Of a DNA stretch of 64,000 nt, positions 29,859 through 38,239 are shown one piece after another. The notes beneath the pieces were generated by a model. It did no database searches and was not told the DNA's origin. It saw only the letters and a list, made by a program, of their open reading frames with translations. Position 1 is the first letter of the stretch. Each line of letters starts with the position of its first letter. The translations under genes were made by a program, and so were the position numbers. This DNA is from a virus (taxonomy: Duplodnaviria > Caudoviricetes): IMG/VR virus record IMGVR_UViG_3300050821_003742, positions 36 to 64,035 of that record; one strand, given 5' to 3'.

Positions 29859-30610
29859 TGCTTCCCCAGTGGAATCAAATAACAAGGCCCGAATCCGGGA
29901 TCACTTTGAATGATATTTTCTATGTATACCTTGGGATGCTTGCCTACCCTTATCTGGCAGGTTCCCTCTAAATTCCAGTTTGTCAAAATGCTGTCGTAGT
30001 TTTTGGAGAGAACGGCATAGCGCATTTCGGCTTTACGGTGAATCCATGGCGTAGGATCAAAATCAGAGATAGGCAAGCTAGCTACATCGTAAGAATCTTT
30101 AGGAAAACCCAGCATGCCAGCAAACCAGCCGATTTTGTAACCCCGCTCATTTCCGTCATTAAAACCTTCTTGATAGCCAATCCGCAGTTCATACACATGG
30201 TCTTGGGATAGAAGCCCAATTCCGTCGCTATAGTCCAGTTTGTCAATCTCGCTGCGCGTGTAAACGTGCAACTTGCGAACCTCTTCGCTCAATCGCCCCT
30301 GCGCTCGCTGGAGTTCGGCAACTTGCCAGTCTAACTCCTTCAGTAAATCCTTAAATGTATCGCCGTGCCCGGTAGCGAAACTGTGCGCTATCATCCATGC
30401 TGCTAGTTGCTCGCGTTCCGGCTCGGATGGCGTGGGCACGGCTTCCACGACAACCATTTCCGTGCAATCATCATGGTCGCCGGTTTCGCAAACGTTCTCG
30501 GCTGGCGTAGCGGAGAGCAGGGCGCACATTTCATCCATCAACCCATCGGCATCGCTGCACGCCATAAAGTTCCATTTCTTGGATTTCATCAATCGTTCTG
30601 CTGGAGTCAT
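29855..30610 (-). CDS. Modular hypothetical protein, paralog of 29100-29858
   Basis: Shared MTP.., LLSA.TPAE and AELQRAQGRL.EE segments. Confidence 0.55.
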   Translation of the reverse strand: MTPAERLMKSKKWNFMACSDADGLMDEMCALLSATPAENVCETGDHDDCTEMVVVEAVPTPSEPEREQLAAWMIAHSFATGHGDTFKDLLKELDWQVAELQRAQGRLSEEVRKLHVYTRSEIDKLDYSDGIGLLSQDHVYELRIGYQEGFNDGNERGYKIGWFAGMLGFPKDSYDVASLPISDFDPTPWIHRKAEMRYAVLSKNYDSILTNWNLEGTCQIRVGKHPKVYIENIIQSDPGFGPCYLIPLGKQ

Positions 30611-30747
30611 GGCTTCCTCTTTCCAGCGGTAAGGTTCTTGTGGCATGGACACGGACAGCTTAACTTGTAGCAGTCATCGTGTCTACCTGTTTGACAGCCT
30701 TTGCTTACCGCTATCGTGATATCAACTTTGTGTATTCGCGTTGCCAT
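30607..30747 (-). CDS. Small C-x2-G-x-H-x2-C..C-x-C-x-CH Zn finger protein
   Basis: 46-aa ORF read by eye, GCQTGRHDDCYKLSCPCPCH. Confidence 0.5.
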   Translation of the reverse strand: MATRIHKVDITIAVSKGCQTGRHDDCYKLSCPCPCHKNLTAGKRKP

Positions 30748-30780
30748 TTAATTTGTTCTCCGAGACCCGGCATTCTCTAC

Positions 30781-31017
30781 CTAAAGCATGCACGCGGCGT
30801 TCCGTTTATCTAATTCTGACTTTCGAATCCATTCGATTTGTGGTGGCGTTGTATATGTCATAGTCATTACCGAGCTACTAGACCAGAAACCATCAGGTGT
30901 TTTAGGCACAGGAACCATCTCGTGCATAACTGCGCACCGCGGATTGGTTCTATCGTATTCGGCTTTGACCCATTCCCGTTCCAGGTTCATATTCTTCCAT
31001 CTAATTATCACTGACAT
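30781..31017 (-). CDS. Hypothetical protein
   Basis: ATG with RBS GGAGG. Confidence 0.45.
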   Translation of the reverse strand: MSVIIRWKNMNLEREWVKAEYDRTNPRCAVMHEMVPVPKTPDGFWSSSSVMTMTYTTPPQIEWIRKSELDKRNAACML

Positions 31018-31229
31018 TGTTCCTCCACTTCCCCGCCGTTTATATGCTTTAGGCAAGGAAGGCCGGGTCTTCTAATTCGGCGAACCATACATGCTTTGAG
31101 GCTGTCAACTAGGCGCCGGGTCAGGTTCCCGTGACATTTAGTGCCGATATGATTCGCCGCCCGTGGACCGCTTAGCGAAGTCAGGATTGCCACTCATTCC
31201 CAACCTCTCGACGGCCCACGGGCTGCGGA

Positions 31230-31901
31230 TCAACAATCGGTTTCGCACCACACACAGCACTGACATCCGCAATTAAAGCATCGTCCATTGTTCGTTAGGC
31301 AGCAATGGCATAGATTACAACAGGCATACATGCAGCAACATCCCGGTTCGCCGAATGGTCCTGTACACCTGAAGAACAGTCCCGCCACCCACCCCTTCAC
31401 CTGTATGGGCTGTCCCAAGTCGATAACTCCGCTATCGTTGGTTGAGAACTTGTACGTTGTGCTTTCAACGGTTTTAATGGTTATGGAATACGTATTTCCG
31501 TCTGTAACATGCTGTAGTTCCCATCCTGGTATCACTTCTGAGTCCTTGAGATTCAACGACGCTATCAGCGATGCCCATTTCTTTGCCTTGATACGTCCCA
31601 TTGCCGGAGAAGAGAACAGCTCCTCTAGATCAACGAACTTTCCCGTTTCTGCCTTGTGCCAGTTCTGAGCCGTGTTCAACAGCCGTAGAACTTCTACCGC
31701 TGTCCTATCGTTGGCTACGGCAGCTTGGGCCTTGATAGTCTTGGCTCCCAGACTGAATGCCACTACGCCAATTGCCGCGCTCTGTAAGAATCCCCTCCGG
31801 CCCTTGCTAACATTGTTCAACAGCTCTTTCCGTTCTTTGCATCCACTACAAGGCTTAATACCAATGGCCTTGGTTACTGCTTCAATCTTGTCTCCAACCA
31901 T
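31230..31901 (-). CDS. Tat-signal protein with pilin-like helix and Cys-rich tail
   Basis: GRRGFL twin-arginine motif plus h-region; ANDRTAVEVLRLLNTAQ; 16 Cys in the last 45 aa; RBS AAGGAGG. Confidence 0.7.
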   Translation of the reverse strand: MVGDKIEAVTKAIGIKPCSGCKERKELLNNVSKGRRGFLQSAAIGVVAFSLGAKTIKAQAAVANDRTAVEVLRLLNTAQNWHKAETGKFVDLEELFSSPAMGRIKAKKWASLIASLNLKDSEVIPGWELQHVTDGNTYSITIKTVESTTYKFSTNDSGVIDLGQPIQVKGWVAGLFFRCTGPFGEPGCCCMYACCNLCHCCLTNNGRCFNCGCQCCVWCETDC

Positions 31902-31989
31902 TGCTCCTCCTTTTAATTGGGAATACCAGGGTTTACGTTCAACGGCGAATTGACGTGGTCCGGTATTCCCATCCCCGGGGAAACTTAAA

Positions 31990-32565
31990 CTACTTTCGCT
32001 TCGTGTCTACCTTGGCAATCTGCGTAATCTTGCCAAACCAGCTCTTGCGCTCGTCTTCGTCGGCTGACTTCATCTCTTCCTTGGTAACCGCTCGTGAGTT
32101 CTTCTTCGTTTCATCCGTGAACTTCTGAATGCTCAGATAGAAGTCCGCAGTGGTACCAACGAGCTTGCTGGTATCGAAGCCGCCGTGACCGTTGATCTCA
32201 AGGGTTAATCCCGCCTTCTCAAGATCGTTTAGGCGAGACAATGACATGAAATCACGAAAGTCGGAGCCGCCCAACTGAGCACCGGACTTCTTGGCCTCTC
32301 GCAGATAGTTCTTGCGATCATCTGAAAGAGCCTCGGTCCGATAGTTGTAGGTAACGCTCTTGTTATCCGTCTTGTTCCCGTTCACCAACACAACAGCCAA
32401 CTTGAGATTGCGGCTGTCGCCATTGGTGGAAACTACGTCTTCTGTCTTGATAACCTTCGCAAAGGTTCCCGTGGTCTCGTACTCCGGCACAATTGCTCCG
32501 GCATACCATCCCGGGTCCCACTGCTGATACTTGCTTTCCATCTCAAAACCACTGAAATTACTCAT
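31990..32565 (-). CDS. Putative single-stranded DNA-binding protein (DUF669-like)
   Basis: WDPGWY.G.I start; follows the recombinase gene. Confidence 0.5.
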   Translation of the reverse strand: MSNFSGFEMESKYQQWDPGWYAGAIVPEYETTGTFAKVIKTEDVVSTNGDSRNLKLAVVLVNGNKTDNKSVTYNYRTEALSDDRKNYLREAKKSGAQLGGSDFRDFMSLSRLNDLEKAGLTLEINGHGGFDTSKLVGTTADFYLSIQKFTDETKKNSRAVTKEEMKSADEDERKSWFGKITQIAKVDTKRK

Positions 32566-32678
32566 CTTTGTTTCTCCTTATATGCTTGTTTAATTTTCCG
32601 TAATACGGAATCTTGTCCCCAGAAATATCCACTAAACCACGATACGATGCAAAACATGAACGAAAACAAATCGTGCAT

Positions 32679-33380
32679 TTATTTAATTCCCGAAGGAATC
32701 TCTTTTGGCGCCTTGGGCTCTACCATCTTCACCGCTGGCGAAGTTGCATCCACATCCACAATGTCCTCGCTTACTCCGATACCGGTGCCAAGAGCCAAAC
32801 AACGTTTCTGTGCCGAAACCCGCAACATCCAGTCAGAACGGCTGGACCAGTTGGGATTCTTCTCCATGAACCAGTTGGTTAGCCATGCTGTGTATTCAAC
32901 CGGCTGATCGTTTATGGTCATGTTGCACTTGACACCTATCTCTTTTGTTCCCGCAATCCTTGGCTGGAAGGTTGCTCCCTTGGGCCATTCCCTTTCAACG
33001 TCGGTGAACACGGGAGCCGATAGCTTATATCCGTTTAGCTTCGCTTCTTTCAATGTTCCCTGAAGCGAGGTCCCAATCTTTCCCGAAGGAAGAACATAGA
33101 TATCCCCGTCCTCGGGGTTAAGTCCTCGCCTGTGGGCTGTAATAGCCAGCATTAGGGCATGGGGAATGGTCAGTGAATACAGCGCCGAGTATAGCTTAGC
33201 CATCATCACCGGTGGTATCTCAGCCTGATTGTAGGTGTTAATTCCTGCCCATTCAGCGTTCTTATCCTCCCGTTGCATTGCCGTAGCTGCTTTCTGCAAC
33301 TCTAGCAACTTGGCTGCTGTGTTTTGTGTGTCTTCTTGGGCCGTTGGAATCATTCCCAGTGCCCTTTGAGCTTCACTCAT
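32679..33380 (-). CDS. RecT/Red-beta-like single-strand annealing protein
   Basis: GLNP..GDIY and NPNW.SR..WMLR..A..RC motifs; next to the exonuclease. Confidence 0.65.
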   Translation of the reverse strand: MSEAQRALGMIPTAQEDTQNTAAKLLELQKAATAMQREDKNAEWAGINTYNQAEIPPVMMAKLYSALYSLTIPHALMLAITAHRRGLNPEDGDIYVLPSGKIGTSLQGTLKEAKLNGYKLSAPVFTDVEREWPKGATFQPRIAGTKEIGVKCNMTINDQPVEYTAWLTNWFMEKNPNWSSRSDWMLRVSAQKRCLALGTGIGVSEDIVDVDATSPAVKMVEPKAPKEIPSGIK

Positions 33381-34240
33381 GCCGTCACCTCTTCCCTTTT
33401 TTCTTTAATTTGATAGAGAGTTCTATCATTAACGTCGGCTTTGCCGGAACATACCGACAGGAAATCGCATTCTCCCCACATACTGACGCATGCCGTATTG
33501 CTCATTGGCCACGGCGCCGCATCCTTACAGCTGGCATAGAATTGGCACATCTCTCTAATTGTCCAGTCCAGTTGCTGCCTGAATATTGGTTGGAATTTTA
33601 CCACTTCTTTGTCTACGTCGATAGTCTCAATTCGGGGCTCAGAACCTCGATAGGGCTTGACAATAATCTCGTATTCAATCCCGCTCGGGGTAATCCCGGC
33701 TTCCTCAAGATAGGCTAAATAGAATCCCATCTGGGGTTCTCTCAACAGACGTTTCTTGAGATCCGTCTTCCAGTCTTTTCCAACCGCACTAGCCGTCTTG
33801 GTGTCGATAAGAACACGCCGATTACTGAGCCTATCAATAATCCCGTTACAAACCACGTCCATTCCCGCATGGTTCCCCCAGTTCCATTCCACTACTTTCT
33901 CGTTCATTAACGCTGGCTCAGTCTTTGCTTTATCCCCGTGATACCCGTAATACAGCGTAGTAATGGGCGCAATTGCTTCCTGCAGACCGACCCACTTCAC
34001 CTGGTCTTTGGCGTCTATCTTTCTTACGTCATACAACGAGGCCTCCTCCAGGGCCATGTGAAAAGTCTGGAGATATTCTTTACCCGCCCAATATCCCTCG
34101 GCAATGCGGTGGATCACGGAACCAAAGGCATAGTGAATCGACCACTGCACGGGCTCCTTCTCAAGCAGGTATTGAATCCGGTGCTTCTCCCGGCATTCTG
34201 ACCAGAGCTTAATTTGTGTCGGACTAATCCTTAACTCCAT
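33377..34240 (-). CDS. PD-(D/E)XK RecB/Cas4-like exonuclease
   Basis: ISPTQ..C, FGSVIH, GIID..LIDTKT, Q..FY and C-terminal C..C..C cluster. Confidence 0.85.
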   Translation of the reverse strand: MELRISPTQIKLWSECREKHRIQYLLEKEPVQWSIHYAFGSVIHRIAEGYWAGKEYLQTFHMALEEASLYDVRKIDAKDQVKWVGLQEAIAPITTLYYGYHGDKAKTEPALMNEKVVEWNWGNHAGMDVVCNGIIDRLSNRRVLIDTKTASAVGKDWKTDLKKRLLREPQMGFYLAYLEEAGITPSGIEYEIIVKPYRGSEPRIETIDVDKEVVKFQPIFRQQLDWTIREMCQFYASCKDAAPWPMSNTACVSMWGECDFLSVCSGKADVNDRTLYQIKEKREEVTA

Positions 34241-34652
34241 TGAATTCCTCCACCATCACTCTTACTTGAACACCTTCTTTACCCGCCGCAATCCATCTCT
34301 TGCTGGGGTTCTCCATCCGCCACACCAAGTTATCATCCGCAATCAAAACCTTCTTCAGCCCATCCTCGGCTGCTTTTATCAAATTTGTGAGATCCGGGTC
34401 CTGCAAGTGCGGTTGATTTTCCGCCAGCTCTCTGGTTCTTGTTTTGGGTATCGGGAAATAGAAGTGCAACTCCAGCGTCACCGCACCAATCATCTTCTTG
34501 TATCCAGGTCCAGCCGCTATCGTCGCCGCTATTGCAACCGATCTTTCCCATGCCACCACATCTCCCTTGTTGTAAATTACGCCCGACTTCGTCTGACGGT
34601 ATTGCTTGCTTTTGGGTACGCCCGGAACAAAGAAGTTAAACGTTCTTGACAA
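34224..34652 (-). CDS. rusA: RusA-family Holliday junction resolvase
   Basis: VPGVP.SK and PDLTNLIKAAEDGL....IADD motifs. Confidence 0.85.
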   Translation of the reverse strand: MSRTFNFFVPGVPKSKQYRQTKSGVIYNKGDVVAWERSVAIAATIAAGPGYKKMIGAVTLELHFYFPIPKTRTRELAENQPHLQDPDLTNLIKAAEDGLKKVLIADDNLVWRMENPSKRWIAAGKEGVQVRVMVEEFNGVKD

Positions 34653-34989
34653 ATTCCATCTCCATAATCGTCTTAACTTCTACAATCTTTCCCTGCGGCG
34701 TAAGATATTCCCTCGTCGTGAATCTCTCCCCCAACACTTCGTTTCGACGCTCTCCAAGGATAATCGTATGCGTAGGTCTTAACACCTGTCTAAGTATGTT
34801 GTCCATGTACCTATCTTTCCAACCTTCCAGCTCCCGAGAACCGATGGAGGGCACCGAACCCGTCGGTTCTGCTTTAATGCGGTTCTCGGGAGGTCTGGAA
34901 CCCTTAATCTTGTCCGACAACTTCAGTAGCTTTCTTGCTATTGAGTCGTGATTCGATAATCTTGTTGATGTTTTCTTCTTCGGTCGCAT
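34636..34989 (-). CDS. Hypothetical protein (start uncertain)
   Basis: Fills the operon between neighbours. Confidence 0.35.
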   Translation of the reverse strand: MRPKKKTSTRLSNHDSIARKLLKLSDKIKGSRPPENRIKAEPTGSVPSIGSRELEGWKDRYMDNILRQVLRPTHTIILGERRNEVLGERFTTREYLTPQGKIVEVKTIMEMEFVKNV

Positions 34990-35107
34990 CTATCCACCGC
35001 CTATGGACGGAGTACCACGCATCCCGGGCTACTTCGGCTTCTTTCATTCGCCGTTCCCAAATAGCAAACAGTCGCAGGTCTTCTTTTCTTAGTTCTTCGA
35101 TGGTCAT
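34904..35107 (-). CDS. Small coiled-coil hypothetical protein
   Basis: Hairpin RBS TGGAGG directly upstream. Confidence 0.55.
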   Translation of the reverse strand: MTIEELRKEDLRLFAIWERRMKEAEVARDAWYSVHRRWIDATEEENINKIIESRLNSKKATEVVGQD

Positions 35108-35122
35108 AACGCCCTCCAGCGT

Positions 35123-35278
35123 TTATTGATTTACCGCTTCTAGTTTTTTACTCTCTCTCTTCACATTCCACAGCCGGGACTTACATGCTGGACATGCCAA
35201 CGGTAGTTCTCTCGACCTTGGCAGCCAATTGTGCTCGCAACGCTCGCATGTAAGTCCCGTAATCTTTATTGTTTTCAT
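35123..35278 (-). CDS. Zn-ribbon protein (CxxC-H-W-PR..CPxCKS..W), probable regulator
   Basis: 51-aa ORF read by eye, right after a promoter (near-leaderless). Confidence 0.65.
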   Translation of the reverse strand: MKTIKITGLTCERCEHNWLPRSRELPLACPACKSRLWNVKRESKKLEAVNQ

Positions 35279-35286
35279 TGTATCTT

Positions 35287-35315
35287 ATGATAACCCCGTT
35301 TCTCCTATTTGTCAA
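35287..35315 (-). promoter_or_regulatory. Sigma70-type promoter for the recombination operon
   Basis: TTGACA-17 nt-TATCAT on the minus strand. Confidence 0.65.
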
Positions 35316-35579
35316 CAACTATTTCAAGATGTTTCGAGCAATTCCAGCACAGCTTGGCCAATTGCAATAATCAGTCGACGAAGACCTTCGTCTCCACTTG
35401 TGGGTGCGGCCTCAAGTGATTCATGTAATTCCTTTATCAGTGCTTCGTAGGTCATTTCGGTCACTTTGTCCTCGCTATCTGAATCAATACGTAGATCACA
35501 GTTCCTGCAACGATACGCCACAGGAATTCCCAGCCGCGTGCCCGGTGTTGGAAATCATGCTTGAAATGCTCCCAAAGTT

Positions 35580-36179
35580 TCACTTCGCGGACCTTTGTTC
35601 GATGATTCGCTCGACATAGTCCGCTACGCAGTTGGCCAGCTCTGGTGGGATGATCGCCAGGTGCGCAGCCTGTTCTTTACGACTATATGGAAGGTTTTTG
35701 CGAAGCCGTTTCACCTTATCAGTGCTCATGTGTAGGGCACCTTTTAGAATGCCCCGGTTTACCAGTGGGGGGGTTGCATTACCCCACAAGTGAAATGGCC
35801 AACAGTTTTGTATGGATTCGCCTACGAAAGCCTCTGCTGACCTTACGTTCTCCATCACGTAAAGGATGCCTGATGTCTCACACAATTCTCGCGTATAATT
35901 AAATAGCTTTATGCCCAGTTCCGGGTACGGCGGATTAGGGTGAAAGTGCTTCATGCCATGCACGCTGAACTGCTCGCATGGCGAACTAGCGACAATGAAA
36001 TCAAACCGACAAACTTTGATTATTTTCGCTGTCCATTCAAGAATGTCGTCTTGTACAAACTCACAACCGGATGGTGTCTCAGGTGGTTCCACAAGGTCCA
36101 CGCCAACACACTCCCAACCCCGCGCAGCAAACGCCCTGCTCCAGCCCCAGCGTCCGCAGAATAGGTCCAGTAGCTTCAA
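35580..36179 (-). CDS. Short C5 DNA cytosine methyltransferase
   Basis: LDLFCG (motif I), SSPCEQFS (IV), MENV (VI). Confidence 0.8.
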   Translation of the reverse strand: MKLLDLFCGRWGWSRAFAARGWECVGVDLVEPPETPSGCEFVQDDILEWTAKIIKVCRFDFIVASSPCEQFSVHGMKHFHPNPPYPELGIKLFNYTRELCETSGILYVMENVRSAEAFVGESIQNCWPFHLWGNATPPLVNRGILKGALHMSTDKVKRLRKNLPYSRKEQAAHLAIIPPELANCVADYVERIIEQRSAK

Positions 36180-36481
36180 AACTCTACCCTCTCAACCTCA
36201 ATGTGACACCATTTCTCCGCAGGCTTCTTTCTTCCCCTATTCCACTCAATGCAATTATCGTGTGCGTATATTTTACGATCTATCTTATTTCTGTCATCTC
36301 CCCACATGGATAGAATATCCGGAGGAGGAAACGGCTTAGGCTGATGAAATAGCTTGTATGTTTGCCATCCCAACTCCATGCAGACAAAGAATAGAATGGC
36401 AAACAGTGTGATTAGTATGCAGTTCTTAATCACCGGAAGATCTCCTGCATTTCCCACGGATGATGACATGTACAAGTACAA
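36176..36481 (-). CDS. Membrane-anchored hypothetical protein
   Basis: TM CILITLFAILFFVCM; start uncertain. Confidence 0.4.
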   Translation of the reverse strand: MYLYMSSSVGNAGDLPVIKNCILITLFAILFFVCMELGWQTYKLFHQPKPFPPPDILSMWGDDRNKIDRKIYAHDNCIEWNRGRKKPAEKWCHIEVERVEF

Positions 36482-36636
36482 TTAATCTTATAGCATTGGC
36501 AATGTGCTCCCTTGGCACACAGTCCACCAAGGCTGGGCTTATGTTTCCGCAGCTTTCTAAGGTCACCAGGATCAAATTTACCGCGAGAGATCTCTCCCAG
36601 GTCTGCATTCCCCGTTATTTTGGTCCATCTAATCAC
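36430..36636 (-). CDS. Small Zn finger protein, related to 30607-30747
   Basis: LCAKGAHCQCYKINCTCTCH; start uncertain. Confidence 0.45.
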   Translation of the reverse strand: MIRWTKITGNADLGEISRGKFDPGDLRKLRKHKPSLGGLCAKGAHCQCYKINCTCTCHHPWEMQEIFR

Positions 36637-36802
36637 CGGCGACCTTCTTTGCACGAGCTTCGTACCACTTGCGGCGTATTGCCAGGTATTGTTTCTGTAC
36701 CTCAAGGCTCTCCCGGGCTATCTTTAGCATGGCGTTATCGTCCAAACAGATCTTGAGAATTGCCGTAGTTTCCACTATCAACAGGATGTCTTGCCACGTC
36801 AT
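36629..36802 (-). CDS. Hypothetical protein
   Basis: 57-aa ORF MTWQDILLIV read by eye. Confidence 0.4.
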   Translation of the reverse strand: MTWQDILLIVETTAILKICLDDNAMLKIARESLEVQKQYLAIRRKWYEARAKKVAGD

Positions 36803-36843
36803 ATGATTCCGTTAAATGCATCAAATGTGACATTTGAATCCCT

Positions 36844-36867
36844 ATATGACATCACATATGACATCAC
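36844..36867. repeat. 12-bp tandem repeat ATATGACATCAC x2 in the divergent intergenic region
   Basis: Direct reading of the sequence. Confidence 0.7.
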
Positions 36868-37032
36868 CTTCCGCTCTCCAGCTAAGATTGATTATGATAA
36901 CAGATATTCCCTTGAAGTCAAGAGGAATCTATGCATAATAGATGAGTCCGCTGATCCCGGACCTGGATTGCCGAGCGCAAAACAGAATCGCTGGGCGGGG
37001 CGCTTTCCTCATAGGGCGCCCTGGCTCAGACT

Positions 37033-37791
37033 ATGAGGCTCATGTCTGAATATCTGATTGACAGAATTCTTCCACGAAATAGAATCCACTTGATAGCAGG
37101 AATAAGCAGTGCTGGAAAAACTAGATGGGCGATACCAACGTTGATGATGTTTGGTGTTTCTATGCCCGTTCTAGGGCTCAAGTCTAATGCTGTACCGTGG
37201 GGAATTGTGTGCCGTGATAGACCACTTGCTGATGTCGAAGAAGGCATGGCCAAGATGCGTCTTAAAATGTCGGATCTTACCATTATTCCGGCGTGCGGAA
37301 GCCAGAGCAAGGGATACGGAGACATAATTGCGGAAATAAGAAGACTCAAATTGGAGCTGGTTTTATGGGAAGGTTTTGACCTCATGGTCGAGAACATTAA
37401 CAGCCAAGGCGAAGTGCAACAGTTTTTGAATCAGGCTATTGCTCATTGCGAAGGCGGATTGACCATTATTGGCAGCACAGGCGTAGCGAAACTTAAGCCA
37501 CATGAGATGTATCAGAATCCTAGGCAGTTAGTTGCTGGCAGTTCAGTGTGGGAACGTATGACTAGTACCGATTTCATCATCCAGCCAATTGACCCAGCTA
37601 ATATTGAAGATCCACGTCGCATTCTCTATGTATCCCTGAAGAATGATCCTAGCTTTGCTGTTGGTGGTAAGTTCGATCACAATGGAGTACTAGTATTTGA
37701 TGATTATGAGCATAGAGAACGAGGCGCCGAACTTGCCAAGGCGAAAGGCAATGAGCGCATAGAAGTATGGGAACGACTCTTTAAGTACTAG
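37033..37791 (+). CDS. Divergent RepA/AAA_25-like P-loop ATPase (helicase-like)
   Basis: YLID.ILP...IHLIAGISSAGKT Walker A; AGSS motif; degenerate Walker B. Confidence 0.65.
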   Translation: MRLMSEYLIDRILPRNRIHLIAGISSAGKTRWAIPTLMMFGVSMPVLGLKSNAVPWGIVCRDRPLADVEEGMAKMRLKMSDLTIIPACGSQSKGYGDIIAEIRRLKLELVLWEGFDLMVENINSQGEVQQFLNQAIAHCEGGLTIIGSTGVAKLKPHEMYQNPRQLVAGSSVWERMTSTDFIIQPIDPANIEDPRRILYVSLKNDPSFAVGGKFDHNGVLVFDDYEHRERGAELAKAKGNERIEVWERLFKY

Positions 37792-37804
37792 TACATTTAC
37801 TGTA

Positions 37805-37833
37805 TTGTATAAAACAAAACCTTTAGATATAAT
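37805..37833 (+). promoter_or_regulatory. Sigma70-type promoter
   Basis: TTGTAT-17 nt-TATAAT. Confidence 0.55.
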
Positions 37834-37903
37834 GTGCAGAGAGACAACCTAACTCTTTCTTTCTTAGGTGTGCTCTCTGCACATGAGAAACAAAGGATTA
37901 ATT

Positions 37904-38239
37904 ATGATGACTTATAAACAGCACTGTTATACGGCGCGATTCCGCAAGGTGATTAATAAACTTACCGAGGCAGAACATGCGGCGCTTTTATCTGGGCCAT
38001 GTTTTTACTGTGGTGGTAAAGCTGGTGGTATAGATCGGAAAGATCCCAGTATGGGATATGCATTGGACAATTGTGTTTCTGCTTGCAAGCGTTGCAATGC
38101 AAGAAAGCAGGTATACGAACCATTGGGATTTGAGGCAGCTATGGATAAGGCAAAGGAATTGGCATATAAAAACGCCATTCCCCCTCCTTCTCAGAGAGAA
38201 TGGCGTAAGTTTGGTCCCTGGTACAAACCAGTTGATTAG
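37904..38239 (+). CDS. HNH-type endonuclease
   Basis: CFYCG..GIDRKD...GY..DNCVSAC..CN. Confidence 0.8.
   Translation: MMTYKQHCYTARFRKVINKLTEAEHAALLSGPCFYCGGKAGGIDRKDPSMGYALDNCVSACKRCNARKQVYEPLGFEAAMDKAKELAYKNAIPPPSQREWRKFGPWYKPVD

Noticed and set aside
33377-34240. cas4 / CRISPR system
   Set aside because: No repeat-spacer array or other cas genes; the context is an exonuclease-SSAP recombination pair.
37866-37876. 11-nt match AGGTGTGCTCT complementary to the candidate sRNA 5' part
   Set aside because: An 11-mer match is roughly expected by chance in a genome of this size.
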